Part shown: positions 17,236 to 24,000 of the stretch, piece after piece | Layout of the letters: every line of letters begins with the position of its first letter | Numbering within the stretch: position 1 is the first letter of the stretch | Origin: Dehalococcoidia bacterium UBA2777 | Lineage (GTDB): Bacteria > Chloroflexota > Dehalococcoidia > UBA2247 > UBA2777 | Direction of reading: 5' to 3' | DNA length: 24,000 bases | Assembly (NCBI GenBank): GCA_002352365.1 | Contig: DEIJ01000175.1 | Coordinates: forward strand, 22,393 to 46,392 | The notes under the pieces: generated by a model | What the model saw: the letters and a program-made list of their open reading frames with translations, nothing else | What the model was told of the DNA's origin: nothing | The model's database searches: none | Made by a program: the position numbers and the translations under genes

Positions 17236-18588
17236 TTAGCACTCCGAGGCTAGAGGTAGGCTAAAGGTAAAGGTGGAGCCTTTGCCCAGGGTGCTTGTAG
17301 CCCAAATATTACCTTGGTGACTTTGAATGATGTGTTTGGAGATAGCCAGGCCTAGACCAGTGCCTTCACCTGCCCTCACCTTATCAACCTTGTAGAAGCG
17401 CTCAAAGATATGTGGCACATCTTCAGCAGGGATGCCTCTTCCCGTATCAGTCACCGAGACAGTTATAGTCTCACCATCTTGTTCAGCTTTAAGGCTGATC
17501 TGGCCACCAGGAGAAGTGAACTTGATGGCGTTATGCAGCAGATTGACAATCACCTGCTCTATTCGTTCCTCATCGGCCAGCACCCGAGGCAATCCCGCTG
17601 GGGCATTGATGGTCAACTCCAGGCCAGCTCTATCAGCTTGGATTTGAAGCCTTTCGACAACTTGTCCCATCAACTGGACTATATCTTGGGGCTCCATATT
17701 CATAGTAGCCTGCCCCGATTCAATACGGGAGAGTTCCTCTAGCTCTTGCAGTAATCGACTTAACCTATCTGTCTCCACATTTGCTCTCTCCAAGAAAATT
17801 TTGGTTGCCAGAGGATCTTCTATAGCCCCCTCTTGGAGCGTCTCTATTAATCCCTTGATGGAGGTTAACGGGGTACGCAGTTCATGAGAGATGTTGGCCA
17901 TGAAATCACGCCGCATCCTCTCTAATCTCCGCAACTCTGTCAAATCCTGCAGCACTACCAGCCCACCTGTTGGCTCATCGCCCACCATGGAGGTAACCCT
18001 TACTCTAAAAGATCGTCTATTATCCGTCCCTATGTCCAGCAATTTGGTCTGTGGTTCTCCTGTTTTTAGGCAGTGGGATAAAAGCTCGGTCAGCTCATAG
18101 TCGCCTACCACTTCAATAAAAGGGCGCCCTATTGCCTTGCCTCCAGGAAGCTGGAGCAACCTTTCTGCTGCCGGGTTAAGTAGATCCACAATGCCCTGGC
18201 TATTGGTAATGATGACACCATCGTCCATACAAGATAAGGCAATTGCCTTTTCCTGCTCTTTACTACTGATAAGCTTCGTCATCTCCCTAATATTGATGAC
18301 CATCTGATCAAATTCCCACATAAGCTGGCCAATTTCATCAGAGGAAGTGGTTTCGACTCTGTGGTCAAGTTTCCCCTCGGCTATTCTGCAGCACATTTGA
18401 GTGAGCTTCCCAATTGGCTGGGTAATGCCCCTAGCTAAGAGGAAAGCTAACATTATAGCTAGAGAAGCAGTAGCAGCCATAACCAGAGCTAAGCTAAGGG
18501 TGAAAACTCCTGAAAGAAGGCAAAATCCCCCCCACGAGGCCAGAATGAGCAATAGATATAAGGTGGCTATTCGCCATTTGATAGACAT
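17236..18588 (-). CDS. Sensor histidine kinase (2 TM, HAMP, PAS, HisKA, HATPase_c)
   Basis: 450 aa. H-box SHELRTPLTSIKG, N-box LLHNAIKFT, G1 DTGRGI, G2 GTGLGLAI. The two N-terminal TM helices have almost no external loop. It starts 2 nt after the response regulator stop. Confidence 0.9.
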   Translation of the reverse strand: MSIKWRIATLYLLLILASWGGFCLLSGVFTLSLALVMAATASLAIMLAFLLARGITQPIGKLTQMCCRIAEGKLDHRVETTSSDEIGQLMWEFDQMVINIREMTKLISSKEQEKAIALSCMDDGVIITNSQGIVDLLNPAAERLLQLPGGKAIGRPFIEVVGDYELTELLSHCLKTGEPQTKLLDIGTDNRRSFRVRVTSMVGDEPTGGLVVLQDLTELRRLERMRRDFMANISHELRTPLTSIKGLIETLQEGAIEDPLATKIFLERANVETDRLSRLLQELEELSRIESGQATMNMEPQDIVQLMGQVVERLQIQADRAGLELTINAPAGLPRVLADEERIEQVIVNLLHNAIKFTSPGGQISLKAEQDGETITVSVTDTGRGIPAEDVPHIFERFYKVDKVRAGEGTGLGLAISKHIIQSHQGNIWATSTLGKGSTFTFSLPLASEC

Positions 18589-18590
18589 CT

Positions 18591-19283
18591 TTACCCTTCA
18601 AGCCTATAGCCAACACCGCGCACAGTTAATAGCCGGCAGGGGGAGCCAGGGTCAACCTCAATTTTCTCCCGTAGCCAGCGGATATGAACGTCTACAGTTC
18701 GGGTATCACCTACGTAGTCATATCCCCAAACCTTTTCCAAAAGTTGCTCCCGAGTAAAAGCCCGGCCTCGATTCCTTGCCAAGAAGGCAAGCAAGTCAAA
18801 CTCTTTAGGTTTCAGGATGAGCAGAGAGTCCCCAAGCTTAACTTGGTGGCGAGTGAAATCTACCTCTAGATCGCCCAATTTGAGTGAGCGGGGGGGCTCC
18901 CCTAAGAGGTCTCGCTGGATTATCTCAGCGCGGCGAAGCATTGCCCGAATACGAGCCAGGAGTTCCCGCAAGTTGAATGGCTTAGTCATATAATCGTCAG
19001 CCCCCAGTTCCAAGCCCATTATCTTATCGGCTTCTCCCACTTTAGCAGTAAGCATCAACATAGGCGTGTCCATCTCCTTACGTAAGATGCGACAAACCTC
19101 AAAGCCATCCAAATCTGGCAGCATAATGTCCAAAACAATCAGATCTGGCTCCTCTTGGCGAGCCACTTCTAAAGCCTGAACTCCACCAGTGGCGGCAAGC
19201 ACCTTATAACCCTCCTTAGAAAGGTTATAGCGAAGCACCTCAAGCAATGTTTGATCATCTTCAACAACAAGTATCTTCTTCAA
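18591..19283 (-). CDS. OmpR/PhoB-family response regulator (receiver plus winged-helix DNA-binding domain)
   Basis: 230 aa with a TTG start. Shows ILVVEDD, the phospho-acceptor context LIVLDIMLPDLDG, DDYMTKPF, and a C-terminal wHTH (RTVDVHIRWLREKIE...TVRGVGYRL). Confidence 0.92.
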   Translation of the reverse strand: MKKILVVEDDQTLLEVLRYNLSKEGYKVLAATGGVQALEVARQEEPDLIVLDIMLPDLDGFEVCRILRKEMDTPMLMLTAKVGEADKIMGLELGADDYMTKPFNLRELLARIRAMLRRAEIIQRDLLGEPPRSLKLGDLEVDFTRHQVKLGDSLLILKPKEFDLLAFLARNRGRAFTREQLLEKVWGYDYVGDTRTVDVHIRWLREKIEVDPGSPCRLLTVRGVGYRLEG

Positions 19284-19316
19284 TTAGTCACCCTTACCAT
19301 CATGCCTATTTAGTAC

Positions 19317-19343
19317 CCCCTGAAAAATTCCCTTTTTCAGGGG
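19317..19343 (-). terminator. Perfect 11-bp-stem hairpin or palindrome between the DUF2344 gene and the response regulator (terminator, RNA-stability element or operator)
   Basis: CCCCTGAAAAA (19317-19327), loop TTCCC, TTTTTCAGGGG (19333-19343). It begins 3 nt after the DUF2344 stop (19347-19349). No U-tract follows on the minus strand, so it is not a canonical intrinsic terminator. Confidence 0.4.
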
Positions 19344-19346
19344 TAA

Positions 19347-19994
19347 TTATTTAGGGGCTAAGATCAACTTGCTGCGATGAATAGAATCGGGCCAATCGGA
19401 AAACCCGAGGGCAGCACTGACCTGCTCCGGCCTCCCGGCACCGTGACTGTCGCAACACAAGCGCATACCTAAGATGCACCTTGCGTCATGCCACTCCACA
19501 AGCCATAAATCCTTGATCAAAGCTCGGAGGTCATAACGGCGAGGGCCAGTATCCCTCATATGTTGCCAGGGCAAATGCTTAGTCTGAAGCAGAGAGGAAA
19601 TTGCCGATTGAACTTGCTCTTTATCTTTGGTTGTCTTCACCCCAACGCGATATTCAGCATAGCGAAGCTGTGACGGAAGTGAAGCAGCCCTCCAAGCTAC
19701 TTCTTGCACCTCAAATATCTCAATACCCCAAGGTAATTGTTGACTTGCCGCTCGGATAAAGGAATAGGGAGGGATTCGCTTTTTCATCCACACATCCATA
19801 AGCTCAGCCTCGCTGGTCACCCCTAGGGCAAGTGGTGAGGCAAATGAAATCCTGGGATGAGGAGTAAATCCCTCAGAGTAGGCCAGAGGGAGCATTGAGC
19901 GGCGTAATATCTTCTCCCACAAACGCACCATATCGAGATGGGAGATATATTTTATCTCTTCACCTCGAGAAAACTTGACCCGTAGCCGCTGCAT
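19347..19994 (-). CDS. Radical SAM-linked protein (DUF2344, TIGR03936-like)
   Basis: 215 aa. MQRLRVKFSRGEEIKYISHLDMVRLWEKILRRSMLPLAYSEGFTPHPRISFASPLALGVTSEAELMDV matches the characteristic N-terminal pattern of this family (R.KF.K....FISHLD..R..ERA.RRA.LP.AYS.GF.PHP.ISF). The match was recalled from memory and not searched. Confidence 0.8.
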   Translation of the reverse strand: MQRLRVKFSRGEEIKYISHLDMVRLWEKILRRSMLPLAYSEGFTPHPRISFASPLALGVTSEAELMDVWMKKRIPPYSFIRAASQQLPWGIEIFEVQEVAWRAASLPSQLRYAEYRVGVKTTKDKEQVQSAISSLLQTKHLPWQHMRDTGPRRYDLRALIKDLWLVEWHDARCILGMRLCCDSHGAGRPEQVSAALGFSDWPDSIHRSKLILAPK

Positions 19995-20018
19995 CTTTCT
20001 TTAATTCTATCACATCTT

Positions 20019-20881
20019 CAACTGGCTACCCAGCTTGCCAGCCTCCAGAAGGTTGCCTTGTTCAATAACTACCGTTATAGTTTATTTTCTGGTAAATTCA
20101 TCGAAGGGAGGATTGCTAAACCTGATAATGCCCAGTCGACACCAGGGCACCTCAGTCCCCAACATTGCTGGAGAGATCATCAGCTCTCGGGCAAAGTATG
20201 TATTTTTGGTAGTGGTGTGGATTACCCTAGTGTTGGTGATCGCGGTATTTGGAACCGTTTCCAGTGTAACCTTGCGGACGACACCTCAGATTGTCATTCC
20301 CACTTTGATGCAGGGATTATCTGTCAATCTACTTCTTGTTTGCTGGACCGATAGTGGGATACCTTTGGCACTGGGTTGGGAAACCTGCTCACTTCCCTGA
20401 GCATCCCCCTGGCGATTGGGTCGCTCGTGGGCATATTGATGCTGGGGCAGTTCGTCATCACCTCGCTTGATACCTGCACCAGGTTGACCAGATTCGCCTG
20501 GGTGGAGATAGTGGGAGAGAAGATTCCTTTGCTAGGGAATAGGCTCATTGCCACTATCATTCCTATAGCTATAGCGTTCTATTTGGGATGGACAGGAAGC
20601 TACACCCTATTTGGCCCATGTTTGCCACGGCTAATCAGCTAGTTGCCGCCCTAGCGTTACTCACCATATCGGTATGGCTGCTGGGGACAAAGAGGCCAGC
20701 CAAATACACACTGATTCCATGCATTGTTATGTTATGTATAACGCTAGGGGCTCTGCTGTATGAAATACCAGCCTTCTTCATGGGAGGCCAATACCTGCTG
20801 AGCGCTATCGCCATCATGCTTCTGGTACTAGCTGGGTTTATCCTCCAGGAAGCGAGGAAGGCTTGGCACAAGCTTTACTAA
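20019..20881 (+). pseudogene. cstA: Decayed carbon starvation protein A (CstA-family transporter) remnant with multiple frameshifts and internal deletions
   Basis: CstA-like segments occur in all three plus frames, in N-to-C order.
- Frame 0: YRYSLFSGKFIEGRIAKPDNAQSTPGH (to about 20150).
- Frame 1: SVPNIAGEIISSRAKYVFLVVVWITLVLVIAVFG...IPTLM (about 20152-20310).
- Frame 2: LSIYFLFAGPIVGYLWHWVGKP (about 20310-20380).
- Frame 0: LTSLSIPLAIGSLVGILMLGQ, joined directly to FVITSLDTCTRLTRF...NRLIATIIPIAIAFYLGW (to about 20600).
- Frame 2: IWPMFATANQLVAALALLTISVWL...KAWHKLY, then stop (20879-20881).
The conserved GHHFAAIAGAGP region and the central roughly 200+ aa are missing. The left boundary is approximate. 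Confidence 0.7.
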
Positions 20882-20901
20882 TTTGCCAAAAATGCTAAAA
20901 T
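20874..20901 (+). promoter_or_regulatory. Promoter candidate with extended -10 for the htrA-like gene
   Basis: TTTACT (20874-20879), a 16-nt spacer, then TGcTAAAAT (TG at 20893-20894, hexamer 20896-20901). GAAGGA follows 4-5 nt before the ATG at 20918. Confidence 0.3.
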
Positions 20902-20917
20902 AATCTTGAAGGATCAA

Positions 20918-22051
20918 ATGACTAAAGTTAGATACATCCTCATTTCTATGGTTATAATAATGGGGTTATTGGCTAGCACAGGGTGTTCTATTTCTTCTAA
21001 ACAGGTGTCTAGCCCACCACCCACTGAGATCAGTTCAGAGAATATCCCCAGTGAGCCGATTGAGCCCAATTGGGAACCAGTCTATGTAGAGACCGAGGCT
21101 GGCCTAGAGTTACCCCATGGTTCCAATTTTGAAGTAGTGCAAAAGGTAGCACCAACAGTAGTGTCTATTTTTACTGAAACTATGACCTATGACCTCTTTT
21201 TGCAACCCTATCCTCAGCAAGGCGCCGGAACAGGGGTAATCATAGACCCCAAAGGCTACATAGTAACCAATAACCATGTAGTTGAAGGTGCCGATAAAAT
21301 AGAGGTTATTCTCAGAGATGGGCGTATCTTCGAAGCTGTGGATGTAGTTCGCGATCCTCCTGGTGACCTAGCGGTGATAAAAATTGAGGCGGAGGATCTT
21401 CCTACAGCCCATTTTCTGGAAAATTCCCTTGAGCAGCTTAGGGTAGGCGATGAAGTAATCGCTATCGGCAATGCCTTGGCCTTACCGGGAGGCCCTACAG
21501 TGACCAAGGGGATAATTAGCTATCTAGGGCGCACTATTCAAGTACAAACATCCTATCGAACCATCACGCTTCGTGATCTTATTCAAACTGATGCGGCTAT
21601 CAACCCGGGAAATAGTGGCGGGCCACTGGTAAATATGGCCGGGCAAGTAGTAGGGATTAGCACTGCTATAGCTCAAGCAGAAAATATTGGCTTTGCCATA
21701 AGCAACGATACTCTACTCCCACTAATTCGAGAGCTAGTGGCAAAGGGGCATGTAGCTCACCCCTGGCTCGGAGTGGAAATGACTGACCTAAGCCAGACGA
21801 TCAAATCCCGCTACCGCCTTGAAGTTGACACAGGAGTATTCATCACTAAGGTGACTAAAGGCAGCCCGGCACAGCAGGCAAGGTTAGAGGCAGGTGATGT
21901 CATTATCAGCTTCGCTGGGCAAGGGGTAACCATAGCCCTTGAGCTGCAGCAGATAATACAAAATTGCCAAGTTGGGGAGAGGGTGGAAATTGTTTTCTAC
22001 CGTGGCAAGGAAAAGCGAGCAACTTGGGCCACTTTGGCCCAAATGCCATAA
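20918..22051 (+). CDS. htrA: HtrA/DegP-family trypsin-like serine protease with a C-terminal PDZ domain
   Basis: The track ORF starts at the TTG at 20906. I prefer the ATG at 20918 (MTKVRYILISMVIIMGLLASTGC...), a signal/anchor helix. Catalytic triad contexts are TNNHVV, DLAVIKI and GNSGGPLVN. The PDZ region reads GVFITKVTKGSPAQQARLEAGDVIISF. Confidence 0.9.
   Translation: MTKVRYILISMVIIMGLLASTGCSISSKQVSSPPPTEISSENIPSEPIEPNWEPVYVETEAGLELPHGSNFEVVQKVAPTVVSIFTETMTYDLFLQPYPQQGAGTGVIIDPKGYIVTNNHVVEGADKIEVILRDGRIFEAVDVVRDPPGDLAVIKIEAEDLPTAHFLENSLEQLRVGDEVIAIGNALALPGGPTVTKGIISYLGRTIQVQTSYRTITLRDLIQTDAAINPGNSGGPLVNMAGQVVGISTAIAQAENIGFAISNDTLLPLIRELVAKGHVAHPWLGVEMTDLSQTIKSRYRLEVDTGVFITKVTKGSPAQQARLEAGDVIISFAGQGVTIALELQQIIQNCQVGERVEIVFYRGKEKRATWATLAQMP
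22024..22042 (-). terminator. 7-bp GC-rich hairpin 9 nt downstream of the ileS stop, embedded in the last codons of htrA
   Basis: TTGGGCC-ACTTT-GGCCCAA (22024-22030 and 22036-22042). On the minus strand it is followed by GUUGCUCGCUUUUCC, so the U run is displaced by 9 nt and the element is not canonical. Confidence 0.3.
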
Positions 22052-24000
22052 CTAATCTAGCCGTTTTATCCCCAGCCATATGTGGTGACCATTAATGTGA
22101 TGCTCTTCAGTATATAGCCCCCCGGCAAGTCTTTCCAGGATTAGTTCCCGAGAAAGCGTCTCCTGCTTAATATAAGCGGTAAAGCTTGTCATTATGCGCT
22201 GTAGAGGTATCTCCGCTTGATAATAGGTCACGATGTAGTCAGCAATATCAAAGCCAGCGTTGCGACGCATTGTCTGAAGCCGATGCACCACCTCTCGTGC
22301 TATTCCCTCATCTGCCAGCTCGGGCGGAATATCGGTGGTAACTGCCACTAGGTAGTCGCCATCCGTAGCCACCGAATAGCCAGGTTTGCCAATTACCTCG
22401 GCCTCATTCTCCATAAACTCCAAATTCTTCACATTAAGCTCCTCCATCACCTGGGAGGAAAGCCGCATCATCCCTTCTCTTTCTGCGATTGCTCTTGTCT
22501 TAACCACTACCTTAGCTAAAGGCTGACGTATCTTGATGCCCACCTTGCTTCTAGCTGCTCTCCCCAAACTTGACACTTTCATAGCTAAGCGGGTAGCGGC
22601 GGAAAGTGGCTCATCAACCTTTGACAGCTCTGCTATTGGAAAGTCGCTGAGGTGTACGCTCTCGGGGGCTTCAGGATAGACAGAGCACACTAGATTCTGA
22701 TAGAGCTCTTCAGCAATAAAGGGGGTGAAAGGAGCCAGGAGCTTGGCTAAGGTAACCAAACATTGATAAAGGGTGAAATAAGCCGCCAGCTTATCGGCAT
22801 CATTCTCACTCTTCCAAAATCTGCGGCGGCTTCTCCTTACATACCAGTTGGAAAGGTAGTCTACAAATTCCTCAATCCTTCGCCCTGCTCTGGTAGGGTC
22901 ATAGTTATCCATTGACGAAGTTACCTCGGCAATGAGCTGATTAAGCTCAGAGAGAATCCACCTGTCAAGCTCGGAGCTATATTGGGGGGCATCTTGTGAG
23001 CTGGGATCAAAGCAGTCGATATTGGCGTAGATAACAAAGAAGGAGTAGACATTCCATAAAGTCGATAGGAGTTTTCGCCTCACCTCGGTTACTTGGTCGG
23101 GATAAAAGCGTCTCACATTGCCCGCTGGTGAGGAGGTAAGCAGATACCAGCGTAGGGCATCTGCCCCCTGACCTTGGAGGATTGTCCAGGGGTCAATCAC
23201 ATTCCCTTTGGCCTTGCTCATTTTCTCACCACGGGCATCGAGGACATGTCCCAGGCAGATAACGTTCTTGAAGCAAGGACGATCAAAGAGCAAAGTAGAT
23301 AGGGCATGTAAGGTATAAAACCAGCCCCTTGTTTGGTCAGCAGCCTCACAAATATAATCAGCGGGGAATCTTTGCTCGAAAAGCTCTTGGTTTTCAAAGG
23401 GATAATGCCATTGGGCTGCAGGCATAGCTCCGGAGTCAAACCAAGCATCAAAGACTTCCCCTATATGATGCATCCTGCCTTCACAGTGGGGGCAAGAGAA
23501 GGTTATTTGGTCTACATAAGGGCGATGGAGATCTAGAGATTCTTCGACCCCGGCAATATCGGGTTTATTTCTTAGTTCCTTGATGCTGCCGATACACTCC
23601 ACATGTTCATAGAATTTGTCGCACCGCCAAATATTAACTGGTGTCCCCCAGTAGCGCTCCCGAGATAAAGCCCAGTCCACATTGTTCTTTAGCCAATCGC
23701 CAAAGCGGCCATACTTTATGTGCTCAGGATACCAATTGATCTCGCTATTGGCGGCAATAAGTCTATCTTTTACCGCGGTGGTCTTGATGTACCAAGTTCG
23801 CTTGGCATAGTAGAGGAGAGGCGTCTCGCAACGCCAACAGAAGGGGTAAGTATGGTGAATTTTGCCACTGCGATAAAGTAACCCCCTCAACTTTAGATCG
23901 TGGATTATGAGGGGATCAGCCTGTTTGGCAAATCTCCCCCCAAAAGGCCAAATCCCCTCACTAAGGCAACCTTTCAAGTCCACCGGCTGGATAAAGAATA
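22052..24000 (-). CDS. ileS: Isoleucine--tRNA ligase (type-2-like), partial; N-terminus runs off the right window edge
   Basis: The track shows 22052..23983 from an internal GTG, but the frame stays open to the window edge (..FFIQPVDLKGC..). Motifs are YPFCWRCETPLLYYAKRTWYIKTT, DAWFDSG, the KMSKS-type loop GEKMSKAKGN, and an anticodon-binding/C-terminal region. Confidence 0.93.
   Translation of the reverse strand, partial: FFIQPVDLKGCLSEGIWPFGGRFAKQADPLIIHDLKLRGLLYRSGKIHHTYPFCWRCETPLLYYAKRTWYIKTTAVKDRLIAANSEINWYPEHIKYGRFGDWLKNNVDWALSRERYWGTPVNIWRCDKFYEHVECIGSIKELRNKPDIAGVEESLDLHRPYVDQITFSCPHCEGRMHHIGEVFDAWFDSGAMPAAQWHYPFENQELFEQRFPADYICEAADQTRGWFYTLHALSTLLFDRPCFKNVICLGHVLDARGEKMSKAKGNVIDPWTILQGQGADALRWYLLTSSPAGNVRRFYPDQVTEVRRKLLSTLWNVYSFFVIYANIDCFDPSSQDAPQYSSELDRWILSELNQLIAEVTSSMDNYDPTRAGRRIEEFVDYLSNWYVRRSRRRFWKSENDADKLAAYFTLYQCLVTLAKLLAPFTPFIAEELYQNLVCSVYPEAPESVHLSDFPIAELSKVDEPLSAATRLAMKVSSLGRAARSKVGIKIRQPLAKVVVKTRAIAEREGMMRLSSQVMEELNVKNLEFMENEAEVIGKPGYSVATDGDYLVAVTTDIPPELADEGIAREVVHRLQTMRRNAGFDIADYIVTYYQAEIPLQRIMTSFTAYIKQETLSRELILERLAGGLYTEEHHINGHHIWLGIKRLD

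Noticed and set aside
20588-20881. Stand-alone 97-aa membrane protein gene
   Set aside because: The sequence (IWPMFATANQLVAALALL...) is the conserved C-terminal end of CstA and is colinear with the upstream out-of-frame CstA fragments, so it is treated as part of the pseudogene. Residual expression cannot be excluded.
1-24000. Mobile elements, CRISPR arrays, defence or toxin-antitoxin systems, rRNA/tRNA genes
   Set aside because: I found no transposase, integrase or Cas-like ORFs and no regularly spaced repeats. No non-coding space is large enough for rRNA, and tRNA-sized gaps other than 9296-9743 are absent. That gap shows no cloverleaf.

Overview
This is a compact, almost fully coding housekeeping stretch of about 50% GC. 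Functions were assigned by reading motifs in the supplied translations and in my own manual translations; no database search was possible. The gene set (rny-ymdB, small purL, short asd, type-2-like ileS) fits a Gram-positive-like or Chloroflexota/Dehalococcoidia-type genome, but that taxon call is inference only.

Layout:
- Minus-strand run (9295 to 1): Zn-ribbon membrane protein, rpsO, pnp, dapB, asd, dapA, ppsA, and a dGTPase-like HD protein. The last is partial and absent from the ORF track.
- Minus-strand run (12920 to 9744): rny, ymdB-like, PHP phosphoesterase.
- Plus strand: purL followed by an OYE/FadH-like flavoenzyme.
- Minus strand: DUF2344 protein, OmpR-type response regulator, histidine kinase.
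- Plus strand: a decayed cstA remnant, then an htrA-like protease.
- Minus strand: ileS, with its N-terminus off the right edge.

I found no rRNA, tRNA, CRISPR array, transposase/integrase or recognisable defence genes, and I see no convincing novel multi-gene system. The items most worth a second look are:
1. A 448-nt non-coding gap (9296-9743) with nested and competing hairpins and a perfect anti-SD complement that has no ORF behind it.
2. A cstA gene broken by at least 4 frame changes and at least 2 large deletions (about 20019-20881).
3. A perfect 11-bp-stem palindrome flanked by 7-bp direct repeats (19307-19354).
4. A concentration of RNA-turnover genes.

All of these are modest and need computation or wet-lab data to confirm.
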